From Pseudoalteromonas translucida KMM 520 (GTDB taxonomy: Bacteria > Pseudomonadota > Gammaproteobacteria > Enterobacterales > Alteromonadaceae): a DNA stretch of 32,000 nucleotides. Below the pieces are notes generated by a model. That model saw only the letters and a list, made by a program, of their open reading frames with translations. It was not told where the DNA came from and ran no database searches. A program made the translations under genes and the position numbers. The DNA lies in contig NZ_CP011034.1 in the NCBI RefSeq assembly GCF_001465295.1, forward strand, positions 870,001-902,000, given 5' to 3'. Below are positions 18,491 to 25,871 of this stretch, one piece after another. How positions within the stretch are numbered: position 1 is the first letter of the stretch; each line of letters begins with the position of its first letter.

Positions 18491-19247
18491 ACTCTCCGTA
18501 CTAGGTTTACTTATTGGCTTAGGCGCCATTGCAATAGGTTACTCGTTAGAGGGCGGCGTGGTATCGGCATTATTTAACGGGCCTGCGCTGATCATAGTAC
18601 TTGGCGGCACATTGGGTGCTGTAATGTTACAAACATCAGCCAGTACTTTTAAAAAGATGCTAGAAATTACGCACTGGGTTTTTGTATCGCCTAAATACAA
18701 TATTGAAGATGCGATAGAGCAAGTAAAAGGTTGGTCACATAAAGCCCGTCAAGAAGGTTATTTAGCCCTTGAAAATGAAGCGCTTACTCACCCAGATGCC
18801 TACGCTGCAAAAGGCCTTGGGTTATTAGTTGATGGTTGCTCAGATCAAAAGCTGCGCGACACTTTGGAAATAGATTTACTACTAGAGCGCGAACGTTTGC
18901 TAGAGGCAAGCCGTGTTTATGAAGCTATGGGCGGTTATAGCCCGACCATAGGTATTTTAGGTGCAGTGCTTGGTCTTATTCAGGCAATGTCGTTTATTAC
19001 CGATCCGCAAAAGCTTGGAGCCGGTGTTGCAACTGCCTTTATAGCAACTATTTATGGTGTGGGTTTAGCTAATTTATTATTTTTACCTATGGCTAATAAG
19101 TTAAAGCAGCGGGTTGAGCAAAAAATGCTTTATCACGAGATGCTTGCTGAGGGCGTAATTGCAATAAGCCAAGGCGAAAGCCCGGTAAGTATTGAATTAA
19201 AGCTTGAAGCCTATCGGGTTGACCGCCCAAATGTCGTGGTTGAGTAG
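18483..19247 (+). CDS. motC: Flagellar stator protein, MotA family (MotC-type)
   Basis: A 254-aa four-TM MotA/PomA-family protein with a conserved C-terminal half ([32 protein letters not shown]). As I recall the Pseudomonas motCD locus, the N-terminus and the position after cheB match it. The GTG start overlaps cheB by 8 nt. Confidence 0.85.
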   Translation: MDKLSVLGLLIGLGAIAIGYSLEGGVVSALFNGPALIIVLGGTLGAVMLQTSASTFKKMLEITHWVFVSPKYNIEDAIEQVKGWSHKARQEGYLALENEALTHPDAYAAKGLGLLVDGCSDQKLRDTLEIDLLLERERLLEASRVYEAMGGYSPTIGILGAVLGLIQAMSFITDPQKLGAGVATAFIATIYGVGLANLLFLPMANKLKQRVEQKMLYHEMLAEGVIAISQGESPVSIELKLEAYRVDRPNVVVE

Positions 19248-19255
19248 CCGCTATT

Positions 19256-20215
19256 ATGTTACGTCGTCGCTTACGCAACACCCACACTAAAAGCCAGCAC
19301 ACAGAGCGTTGGCTGGTGTCTTATGCTGATTATATGACGATTATGTTTGCCTTTTTTGTGGTTTTGTACGCAATAGCAATTAACAAAGAAGAGAAATTTC
19401 AAGTGCTATCCGATTCGATTGGTTATGTATTTGATAAATCGGCCCGTCAACATTCGCAGCAAGGAACAGGGGTAAATGGCGACGCAATATTGACAGACAG
19501 AGTAACTCCAGAGCAAGAAGTGCTCTACGGCGAAAGTATTTTAAAAGAAGAGCACGGGCCAAAGTTGCTAGATGGGCAAAGTGATACCAGTAACATTGAG
19601 CAAAAACACCTTGGCAAACCACTCGATAGCTTATTAACTAAGCTGCAATCGTCATTAATAGATGAAATACGTGATGGTGAAGCAAGCTTAGAACTCAGCC
19701 AAGATTGGCTGATCATTGAGCTTAGCTCAGGTATGTTATTTTCAAGTGGCAGTAGTGTAGCGCAAGTTCGCGCTAAGCAAGTTGTTAAAATAATTAAAGA
19801 TATTATTGCCCCGGTAGATAACTATATTAGAGTACGCGGCTATACTGATAACCAAACCATAGGTAATGAAATATACCGCTCGAACTGGGAGTTGTCGGTG
19901 GCGCGTGCAACAGCCGTTTTAGTTGAGCTTGAAAGCCTAGGTATAAATTCAGCTCGAATGGCGATTGAAGGTTATGGTCAATATTCTCCTTTTGCCACTA
20001 ACGATACTAAGCAAGGGCGTGCTGAAAATCGCAAAGTAGTTATTGCCCTATCTAAATATGGGTTGCCACCAATAGCAGAAGTAGTAAGCGTTGAGCCGCA
20101 ACAAGTAGCCGTTAAACCTGAGCCTGAAGCAGAATTACCCTCTGACGATAATACAATAAAAATAATTCGTTTACCCCATGGCGGTATTCGTATATCGACT
20201 CGAAATGAACTGTAA
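19256..20215 (+). CDS. motD: Flagellar stator protein, MotB family (MotD-type) with OmpA-like peptidoglycan-binding domain
   Basis: The N-terminal TM carries the conserved channel Asp (WLVSYADYMTIMFAFFVVLYA). The OmpA-like domain is present (RGYTDNQ...NWELSVARATAV...NRKVVIAL), followed by a roughly 55-aa C-terminal extension. Confidence 0.85.
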   Translation: MLRRRLRNTHTKSQHTERWLVSYADYMTIMFAFFVVLYAIAINKEEKFQVLSDSIGYVFDKSARQHSQQGTGVNGDAILTDRVTPEQEVLYGESILKEEHGPKLLDGQSDTSNIEQKHLGKPLDSLLTKLQSSLIDEIRDGEASLELSQDWLIIELSSGMLFSSGSSVAQVRAKQVVKIIKDIIAPVDNYIRVRGYTDNQTIGNEIYRSNWELSVARATAVLVELESLGINSARMAIEGYGQYSPFATNDTKQGRAENRKVVIALSKYGLPPIAEVVSVEPQQVAVKPEPEAELPSDDNTIKIIRLPHGGIRISTRNEL

Positions 20216-20227
20216 TTAGGATGCAAT

Positions 20228-20998
20228 GTGAAGATTTGGACTGTAGCAAATCAAAAAGGTGGAGTAGGGAAAACCACAACCGCGGTTAGCCTTGCTGGTA
20301 TTTTAGCATCGCAAGGTAAGCGCGTGTTATTGATTGATACCGATCCTCATGCCTCATTAACCTATTACTTTGGCATTGATTCAGAGGATTTAGAGGTTAG
20401 CGTATACGATATTTTTGTACGCGGAACTAGCATGCAAAGCGAAGAAATACTCCAAGCATTATGCCCATCTAGTATTGAGAATTTAGATATATTACCCGCC
20501 ACTATGGCTATTGCTACCCTAGATAGAAGTATGGGCAATAAAACCGGTATGGGATTAATATTAAAAAAAGCGCTTGCAAAAATAAGCGAATATTACGACT
20601 ATGCAATCCTCGATTGCCCCCCAGTACTTGGCGTATTAATGGTTAATGCGCTTGCTGCGAGTGAACGTATTTTAGTGCCAGTTCAAACTGAGTTTTTAGC
20701 GTTAAAGGGGCTCGACAGAATGATGCGTACTATGCAGTTAATGCAAACATCTCAAGCTAAAAGCTATGAATATACTATAATTGCCACCATGTACGATAAG
20801 CGCACTAAAGCCTCGTTAGAGGCATATAAAACACTGCAAAATACTTACACCGATAAAGTGTGGCCGGGCGTTGTTCCGGTAGATACCAAATTTAGAGACG
20901 CCAGTTTAGCGCAACAAGTTCCAAGTGAATTTTGCCCACGGTCTCGCGGGGTATATGCCTACAAAGCATTGCTCGATTATTTAATAGAACAAGGTTAA
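20228..20998 (+). CDS. ParA/MinD-family ATPase, chemotaxis-cluster type (ParC-like)
   Basis: The deviant Walker A NQKGGVGKTTT is present in a 256-aa protein located between the stator genes and the CheW-domain genes. This matches the che-cluster ParA-like gene of Vibrio and Pseudomonas. The start codon is GTG. Confidence 0.85.
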   Translation: MKIWTVANQKGGVGKTTTAVSLAGILASQGKRVLLIDTDPHASLTYYFGIDSEDLEVSVYDIFVRGTSMQSEEILQALCPSSIENLDILPATMAIATLDRSMGNKTGMGLILKKALAKISEYYDYAILDCPPVLGVLMVNALAASERILVPVQTEFLALKGLDRMMRTMQLMQTSQAKSYEYTIIATMYDKRTKASLEAYKTLQNTYTDKVWPGVVPVDTKFRDASLAQQVPSEFCPRSRGVYAYKALLDYLIEQG

Positions 20999-21001
20999 TC
21001 A

Positions 21002-21751
21002 ATGAGTAAGCAATTATTTGCTAATGAAAAAGTAATGACTCAATATCTAGGCGCGTTATTGTGTGAAGACGAGCCTGTAGATAATCTTGAACCCGTTGCA
21101 AAATTACTTGAGCAAGTAACGGATAGGAAAACTGAACACCCAGATTTAGAAGAGCAGAGCACAGAAAGTACCCCAGCACTTGAGCAAGCTGTGCCAGACG
21201 TTATTAAAAAACCGATAGCGCAAGAAATTAAAGCGCTAGTAACCTCTGCTGAGCAAGCTGTGTCGGCCGAGCAAATATTAGCCGCACAAAGCCAAGCTGA
21301 TTATTTTGACGGGCAGTTTCAAGCCTTATTTTTTGAAGTAGCAGGATTAACGCTAGCTGTGCCGCTTAAAGCGTTAGGTGGCATACATGAACTGGGTGAA
21401 GTAAATCAATTATTTGGTAAACCAAAGTGGTTTAAAGGCGTTATGCTCAATAGAGATGAAAAGCTTAATGTGGTTGATACCGCACGTTGGGTTATGCCAG
21501 AGAAGTATGACGAAAAGTTAGAGGCGTCACTTAACTATAAGTATTTAATTACACTAGGCGACAGTCAGTGGGGATTATTGGCAGAAAAGCTAATAAATAA
21601 CATTACATTGAGTAAAGAAGATGTAAAATGGCGTACAAACCAAAGTAAGCGCCCATGGCTTGCCGGTGTTATTAAAGAAAAAATGTGCGCTTTAATAGAT
21701 GTAAATAATTTAAATGCATTATTAGAGAAAGGCCTAGACAGCCGTCAGTAG
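21002..21751 (+). CDS. CheW-domain protein with acidic N-terminal extension (ParP-like)
   Basis: A CheW-like fold occupies the C-terminal ~140 aa (FQALFFEVAGLTLAVPLKALGGI...). The ~100-aa N-terminal region is non-CheW, and the gene is adjacent to the ParA-like gene. Confidence 0.75.
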   Translation: MSKQLFANEKVMTQYLGALLCEDEPVDNLEPVAKLLEQVTDRKTEHPDLEEQSTESTPALEQAVPDVIKKPIAQEIKALVTSAEQAVSAEQILAAQSQADYFDGQFQALFFEVAGLTLAVPLKALGGIHELGEVNQLFGKPKWFKGVMLNRDEKLNVVDTARWVMPEKYDEKLEASLNYKYLITLGDSQWGLLAEKLINNITLSKEDVKWRTNQSKRPWLAGVIKEKMCALIDVNNLNALLEKGLDSRQ

Positions 21752-21775
21752 TAATGACCATTACGGGGAAACAGC

Positions 21776-22273
21776 ATGAATCAAGATAAGTTACTGTCAG
21801 CAAATAAAAATGCAGATAATAATGATGAAATACTACAGTGGGTAACGTTTAAGTTAGAAGACGAAACTTACGGTGTTAACGTAATGCAAGTGCAAGAAAT
21901 ATTACGCTACACTGAAATAGCCCCTGTACCTGGTGCACCTTCGTACGTGATTGGTATTATTAACTTACGTGGCAATGTGGTTACGGTTATTGATACGCGT
22001 GCCCGTTTTGGTTTAGCCGGTACGGATGCAACAGATAATTCGCGAATTTTAATTATTGAAGCTGAAGAGCAAGTTATTGGTATTTTAGCCGACAGCGTAT
22101 CTGAAGTAGTTTATTTGCGTAGCTCAGAAATAGACAGTGCGCCAAATGTAGGCACAGAAGAAAGCGCTAAGTTTATTCAGGGTGTGTGTAATCGCGAAAA
22201 CGAGTTACTTATTTTAGTTGATTTAAATAAACTACTTAGTGACGACGAATGGGATGAGTTGAGCGATTTATAA
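21776..22273 (+). CDS. cheW: Chemotaxis coupling protein CheW
   Basis: 165 aa with a typical CheW sequence (WVTFKLEDETYGVNVMQVQEILRY, IINLRGNVVTVIDTRARFG). Confidence 0.93.
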   Translation: MNQDKLLSANKNADNNDEILQWVTFKLEDETYGVNVMQVQEILRYTEIAPVPGAPSYVIGIINLRGNVVTVIDTRARFGLAGTDATDNSRILIIEAEEQVIGILADSVSEVVYLRSSEIDSAPNVGTEESAKFIQGVCNRENELLILVDLNKLLSDDEWDELSDL

Positions 22274-22291
22274 GCTTTACCACTAAAAATT

Positions 22292-22693
22292 ATGTTATTA
22301 CTCAGTTTAGCAATTATAGCGTTAGCTGTTGCCCTTATAGCGTTGGCGATGATTATTCTATTTAAAAGCAGCTATGCAAGTGAGCTTGCCTCTCAGCTGC
22401 AGCAATTTAAAGACTCGGCTGAGCAAATTAATATTTTACGCAGTGAGGTGCAAGAATTGCGCACTGGGTTATTAAGTATTGGTAAGCGAGTACTTGAAGT
22501 TGAGCAGCAAAATGAAGAGCTAACTCAGCAACAAGCGGCGCAAAAGTATGACGATCCAGATGCAAAAATTTATTCTCGTGCTGTGAAAATGGTCGAACTT
22601 GGGGCTGATTTAGATGAAGTGATTCGTGAATGCGAATTACCTAGAGCAGAAGCTGAACTGTTGTTTTCACTGCATAAACAAAAAGGCGCTTAG
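22292..22693 (+). CDS. Membrane-anchored coiled-coil protein, DUF2802-like, function unknown
   Basis: 133 aa with an N-terminal TM helix (LLLSLAIIALAVALIALAMIILF), a Q/E-rich coiled coil, and a C-terminal helical module (IYSRAVKMVELGADLDEVIRECELPRAEAELLFSLH). It is in the conserved position after cheW. Confidence 0.7.
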   Translation: MLLLSLAIIALAVALIALAMIILFKSSYASELASQLQQFKDSAEQINILRSEVQELRTGLLSIGKRVLEVEQQNEELTQQQAAQKYDDPDAKIYSRAVKMVELGADLDEVIRECELPRAEAELLFSLHKQKGA

Positions 22694-22710
22694 CGTCTTT
22701 TTTGTTTTTT
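22681..22710 (+). terminator. Putative intrinsic terminator at the convergent junction (end of the flagellar/che transcription unit)
   Basis: AAAAGGCGC (22681-22689), loop TTA, GCGTCTTTT (22693-22701) form a 9-bp stem with one G-U pair. TTGTTTTTT follows. The stem overlaps the DUF2802-like stop codon. A short T-run also follows on the minus strand, so it may be bidirectional. Confidence 0.55.
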
Positions 22711-22723
22711 ACTGTTGTTAAAG

Positions 22724-23032
22724 CTACGCCTTAATATTTAACTTACCTTGAAAATCTTGCCAGCCTGGCGGAAATTGCCCTCTTAATACATACGAAAACG
22801 CAATTAACTCAGCAATTACGTAATACAACTCTTTGGGTATTTCCTCCCCAAGCTCTAGGTGTGATAACGTTTTGGCCAATGCTTCATCTTGATGGATCAT
22901 AATGCCTTTTTTTTCAGCCGCCGCTATTATTTCATCAGCTAATTTGCCAAAGCCTTTAGTACTTACCATAGGTGAGTTTCCAGCTGCATATAAAAGCCCA
23001 ATCGCAGATTTATTGTTGGCTGAGTCATTCAT
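22724..23032 (-). CDS. FlhB C-terminal-domain-only protein (EscU/YscU/FlhB family, no TM domain, no NPTH)
   Basis: The 102-aa protein aligns by eye with the post-cleavage part of FlhB in this same window. Compare AIGLLYAAGNSPMVSTKGFGKLADEIIAAAEKKGIMIHQDEALAKTL...EIPKELYYVIAELIAFSY with YSVALKYDTERAGAPIVVAKGIDEMAMQIRKIAIGNEVPILESPSLTRAL...QIPDQLFTAVAQVLAYVF. Its start is 2 nt after the upstream gene's stop. Confidence 0.8.
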   Translation of the reverse strand: MNDSANNKSAIGLLYAAGNSPMVSTKGFGKLADEIIAAAEKKGIMIHQDEALAKTLSHLELGEEIPKELYYVIAELIAFSYVLRGQFPPGWQDFQGKLNIKA

Positions 23033-23034
23033 TT

Positions 23035-25137
23035 TTATACCTTAATATTAATAATGGCATGCGATTTATAAAAGGCTTGGTGGCTTGCATCGCCTTGCTT
23101 TAAATTAAGAACACCTACTTGCAAACCATGCTTGGCTAATTTTGATCTTAAATTATCAAGATGCGGATGAGCCATAGCGGTCACTTCTTGGCTTGATGCA
23201 AATAACTGGCAATCAAGTGCTTTATCCATTAATTCGGCAGTAATTTGTAACTGACCAAGTTGTGCATAATCAAAGTTTAATCTAACAAACCAGACATTTT
23301 TTCCTGCTAATTTATCGCCACTGGGCTTTTTATATTGGCCTAATGTTATTTCTGTTTGCGCCGCTTCTGGCGGTAATTTCATTGGTAATAAAAAGTTTAC
23401 CAAGGGGTTTGAATCGGCTAGCTGATTAGCTGGGGTAACATTTACTTGGCCAAGGGTGTTTTTAACCTGTGTTAACTCTCCCGCAAGCGCTTGCACTTGG
23501 CTTTGTTGCAGCTGCTCAAGTAGTTTAGCACCAGAGTTGCCGGTTTTAAATGTGGGTAATAACACCTGCAGTAGTGCATCTAAGCCAGTTTGATTATTAA
23601 TGCTAATTGGCGTAGTTGTTTGGCTAATAATAGGCGCGGCTAAAATACTCACTGCAAGTTGCTCTAATCCCTTACTAAAACTGCTTTGCAGCGTGTCGTT
23701 TGTCAGTTGTGCTGGTTGTAATGTGGCGAGAATTTCGCGCTGTATGGCTGTTGGATGTAAATTATTGCTAGAAACCATACGATTAAATGCCTGATTAACG
23801 AGGCGCGTTAAGTCTGCTGGTTGCTGCGATAACTGCTGTGTAATATCTGTTATTTTACTGCTTAAAAGCGGCGTGTTATTGAGTGTGTTTATTGCGCTAG
23901 CTGCACTGGCTCGGTTTAGCAGCGGAGCAAGTAATTTAGCTTCTAAAGGGTGTAATTGATTTTGCGTACTTAGTTTACCATCACTCGTTGTTGTAGAGAG
24001 CATGCTTGTTGGCAACTGCCATAGGCTAACACTTGATTTAATTAGTTGGGTTAACTGCACTAAAGGTGGCAATTGGTTAGGTTGCTGTTTTAACTGCTCG
24101 GTGATATTTAGTTTGTTTATGGCTGTTGTCGTTTGATTTACAGCGGCAAAAGGTTTGTTTTCGAAGTATTTTACTGCATCACTTATACGCGTTTTTAGTT
24201 CACCAAAACTACTTTTTAACCAAGAATCAATAGGGCTGTTATTAGTCGCTATTAATGGACTAGTAGGGTTGTTTAAATTGCTTGTTGATACGCGGCTTTG
24301 CTGCGCCGAAATTAGTTGATTAAACGGTTTTGTGAACGAGTTTTTAAGTATGACGTTGGTACTATTTATATTAGTTTGAATTAATAGTTTATTAGCTTGG
24401 CTGCTCAAGTTTACGTTTGTTACGGTATGCGCAAGCTGGTTAAGTTGATTATTGTTTATATTAAGTTTAAATGAACCGGCTTGTTGTGAATGCGTTAAAA
24501 TTGCAAATTTAGGGGTTACTTGTAGCTGTGCGTTTGGCAAATTTTGCGCAAGCAAACTTGCTAGTTTTGCTTGGGTTATGGGTTGTGTATGCACGGATTC
24601 AGAAAAGCGATTAATAACGTCTAGCTGTGCGCCTTTATTATTGGTGCTAATTATTATTTTTAATGGCTGCTCGGCAGCCAGTAGTTGCGCTACCTCTTTA
24701 TTAATTGCAATGCTGGCATTTAGCTTTTCAATTACCAGCTTGGGTGTAGGCGTTAATACGACCTGCGCCGGCATAGGGTTATTTTGCACCTCGCTTCCGG
24801 TATTTATATAATTTAAAAATTGCTGTAATTGCACCGGTTGATTAAGTGTAAGCCTTGTATTGTTGGGGGTAATTGCAAGTGATTTGCCTTCATTACTGAG
24901 CTGTATGTTTGCACTGGCTATTTTGTCTAAGTTTTTTGGTGCGGTTGTAATGCCAAGCCTGAGAGTTTGCCAGTGTTTATTTATTAATACATCAAGGGTG
25001 ATAGATTCTTTAGAAAACTGAATGTTTTTTGCCGCAAGCATCTCGTCAGGAAGCGAGGTTAAGTTATGCTTAGGCGCATTAGAGGTTAGGTTATTAACCA
25101 ATGAGTTAGATAATGTAATTTGCGTAGGTGTATTCAT
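23035..25137 (-). CDS. Second FliK-family protein: long N/Q/S/T/L-rich region plus C-terminal Flg_hook-type domain
   Basis: The last ~86 aa of the 700-aa protein (nt 23038-23295) align by eye with the C-terminal domain of canonical FliK in this window. Compare VRLNFDYAQLGQLQITAELMDKALDCQLFASSQEVTAMAHPHLDNLRSKLAKHGLQVGVLNL with IRLDPPEMGSMQIRIRSDAEQAQINFVVQNQQAKEALEQSLPRLREMLAQQGIDLGESTI. No TM segment is evident. Confidence 0.75.
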   Translation of the reverse strand: MNTPTQITLSNSLVNNLTSNAPKHNLTSLPDEMLAAKNIQFSKESITLDVLINKHWQTLRLGITTAPKNLDKIASANIQLSNEGKSLAITPNNTRLTLNQPVQLQQFLNYINTGSEVQNNPMPAQVVLTPTPKLVIEKLNASIAINKEVAQLLAAEQPLKIIISTNNKGAQLDVINRFSESVHTQPITQAKLASLLAQNLPNAQLQVTPKFAILTHSQQAGSFKLNINNNQLNQLAHTVTNVNLSSQANKLLIQTNINSTNVILKNSFTKPFNQLISAQQSRVSTSNLNNPTSPLIATNNSPIDSWLKSSFGELKTRISDAVKYFENKPFAAVNQTTTAINKLNITEQLKQQPNQLPPLVQLTQLIKSSVSLWQLPTSMLSTTTSDGKLSTQNQLHPLEAKLLAPLLNRASAASAINTLNNTPLLSSKITDITQQLSQQPADLTRLVNQAFNRMVSSNNLHPTAIQREILATLQPAQLTNDTLQSSFSKGLEQLAVSILAAPIISQTTTPISINNQTGLDALLQVLLPTFKTGNSGAKLLEQLQQSQVQALAGELTQVKNTLGQVNVTPANQLADSNPLVNFLLPMKLPPEAAQTEITLGQYKKPSGDKLAGKNVWFVRLNFDYAQLGQLQITAELMDKALDCQLFASSQEVTAMAHPHLDNLRSKLAKHGLQVGVLNLKQGDASHQAFYKSHAIINIKV

Positions 25138-25199
25138 TATTTTAAATCAAGTTTTCTTTATTTTTAGTGAATCGATTTTAAAGCAATATTCGTATTACC

Positions 25200-25214
25200 C
25201 TATCATTATGATAG
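25200..25214. promoter_or_regulatory. 15-bp palindrome in the divergent intergenic region (FliK-like gene / ccmA)
   Basis: CTATCAT-T-ATGATAG has perfect 7-bp arms. It lies about 37 nt upstream of the likely ccmA start and about 63 nt upstream of the FliK-like start on the other strand, in an AT-rich region. Confidence 0.4.
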
Positions 25215-25250
25215 ACTAACGCCTAATTTTTGGCAGAGAGAATCGTCATC

Positions 25251-25871
25251 TTGTTATACATTAAGTCCGTCACCTGCATCAAGCAAGAGCGTTGTTTGTT
25301 TGCGGATCTTAATTTTAGCCTTAATAGCGGCCAAATCATGCAATTAGCAGGTGCTAATGGTGCTGGTAAAACGTCTTTATTACGTATTATAGCGGGCTTT
25401 TCTATGCCTGATGAAGGCGATATTTTGTACCTTAATCAGTCGATTAAAAAGTACTATGAAGAGTACGCCAGAGATCTATTATTTATAGGCCATAAAACCG
25501 GGGTTAATGTGCAGCTCAGCGCGCTTGAAAACGTTAAGCATTGGTTGGCAATTAATGGCTACACTAATGAAGGTGACTTATACCCTTTACTAAGTAAGCT
25601 TGGCTTAGTAGGCCTTGAAGATGTACCGGTTAGAACGCTCTCTGCTGGGCAGCAACGCCGTGTTGCGTTAGCTCGATTATGGTTAAGCGAAGCTAAGTTA
25701 TGGATTTTAGATGAGCCATTTACAGCACTGGATAAAAGTGGCGTTGCCTTTTTACAACAACGTTTTGTTGAGCATTTAAACAGTGGCGGAGCCATATTGC
25801 TAACCACGCATCAAGATTTAACGGCCCATTTTAGCAACCTACAAACGCTCACTTTGGAGTATCGTCACTAA
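25251..25871 (+). CDS. ccmA: Heme exporter ATP-binding protein CcmA
   Basis: Walker A GANGAGKTS, ABC signature LSAGQQRRVALARL and Walker B LWILDEP are present. The ORF track begins at TTG 25230. I prefer the in-frame TTG at 25251 (MLYIKSVTCIKQERCLF), which fits typical CcmA N-termini and has GAGAGA 9 nt upstream. The start remains uncertain. Confidence 0.9.
   Translation: MLYIKSVTCIKQERCLFADLNFSLNSGQIMQLAGANGAGKTSLLRIIAGFSMPDEGDILYLNQSIKKYYEEYARDLLFIGHKTGVNVQLSALENVKHWLAINGYTNEGDLYPLLSKLGLVGLEDVPVRTLSAGQQRRVALARLWLSEAKLWILDEPFTALDKSGVAFLQQRFVEHLNSGGAILLTTHQDLTAHFSNLQTLTLEYRH

Noticed and set aside
21752-21775. GTAATG-AC-CATTAC inverted repeat after the ParP-like gene
   Set aside because: A 2-nt loop is sterically implausible for an RNA hairpin, and the element is very short. 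It is likely coincidental.
25230-25250. Upstream TTG start for ccmA as given in the ORF track
   Set aside because: The extra residues (MAERIVI) extend beyond typical CcmA N-termini. The in-frame TTG at 25251 has a better-placed purine-rich SD-like element (GAGAGA). This is not excluded, only judged less likely.
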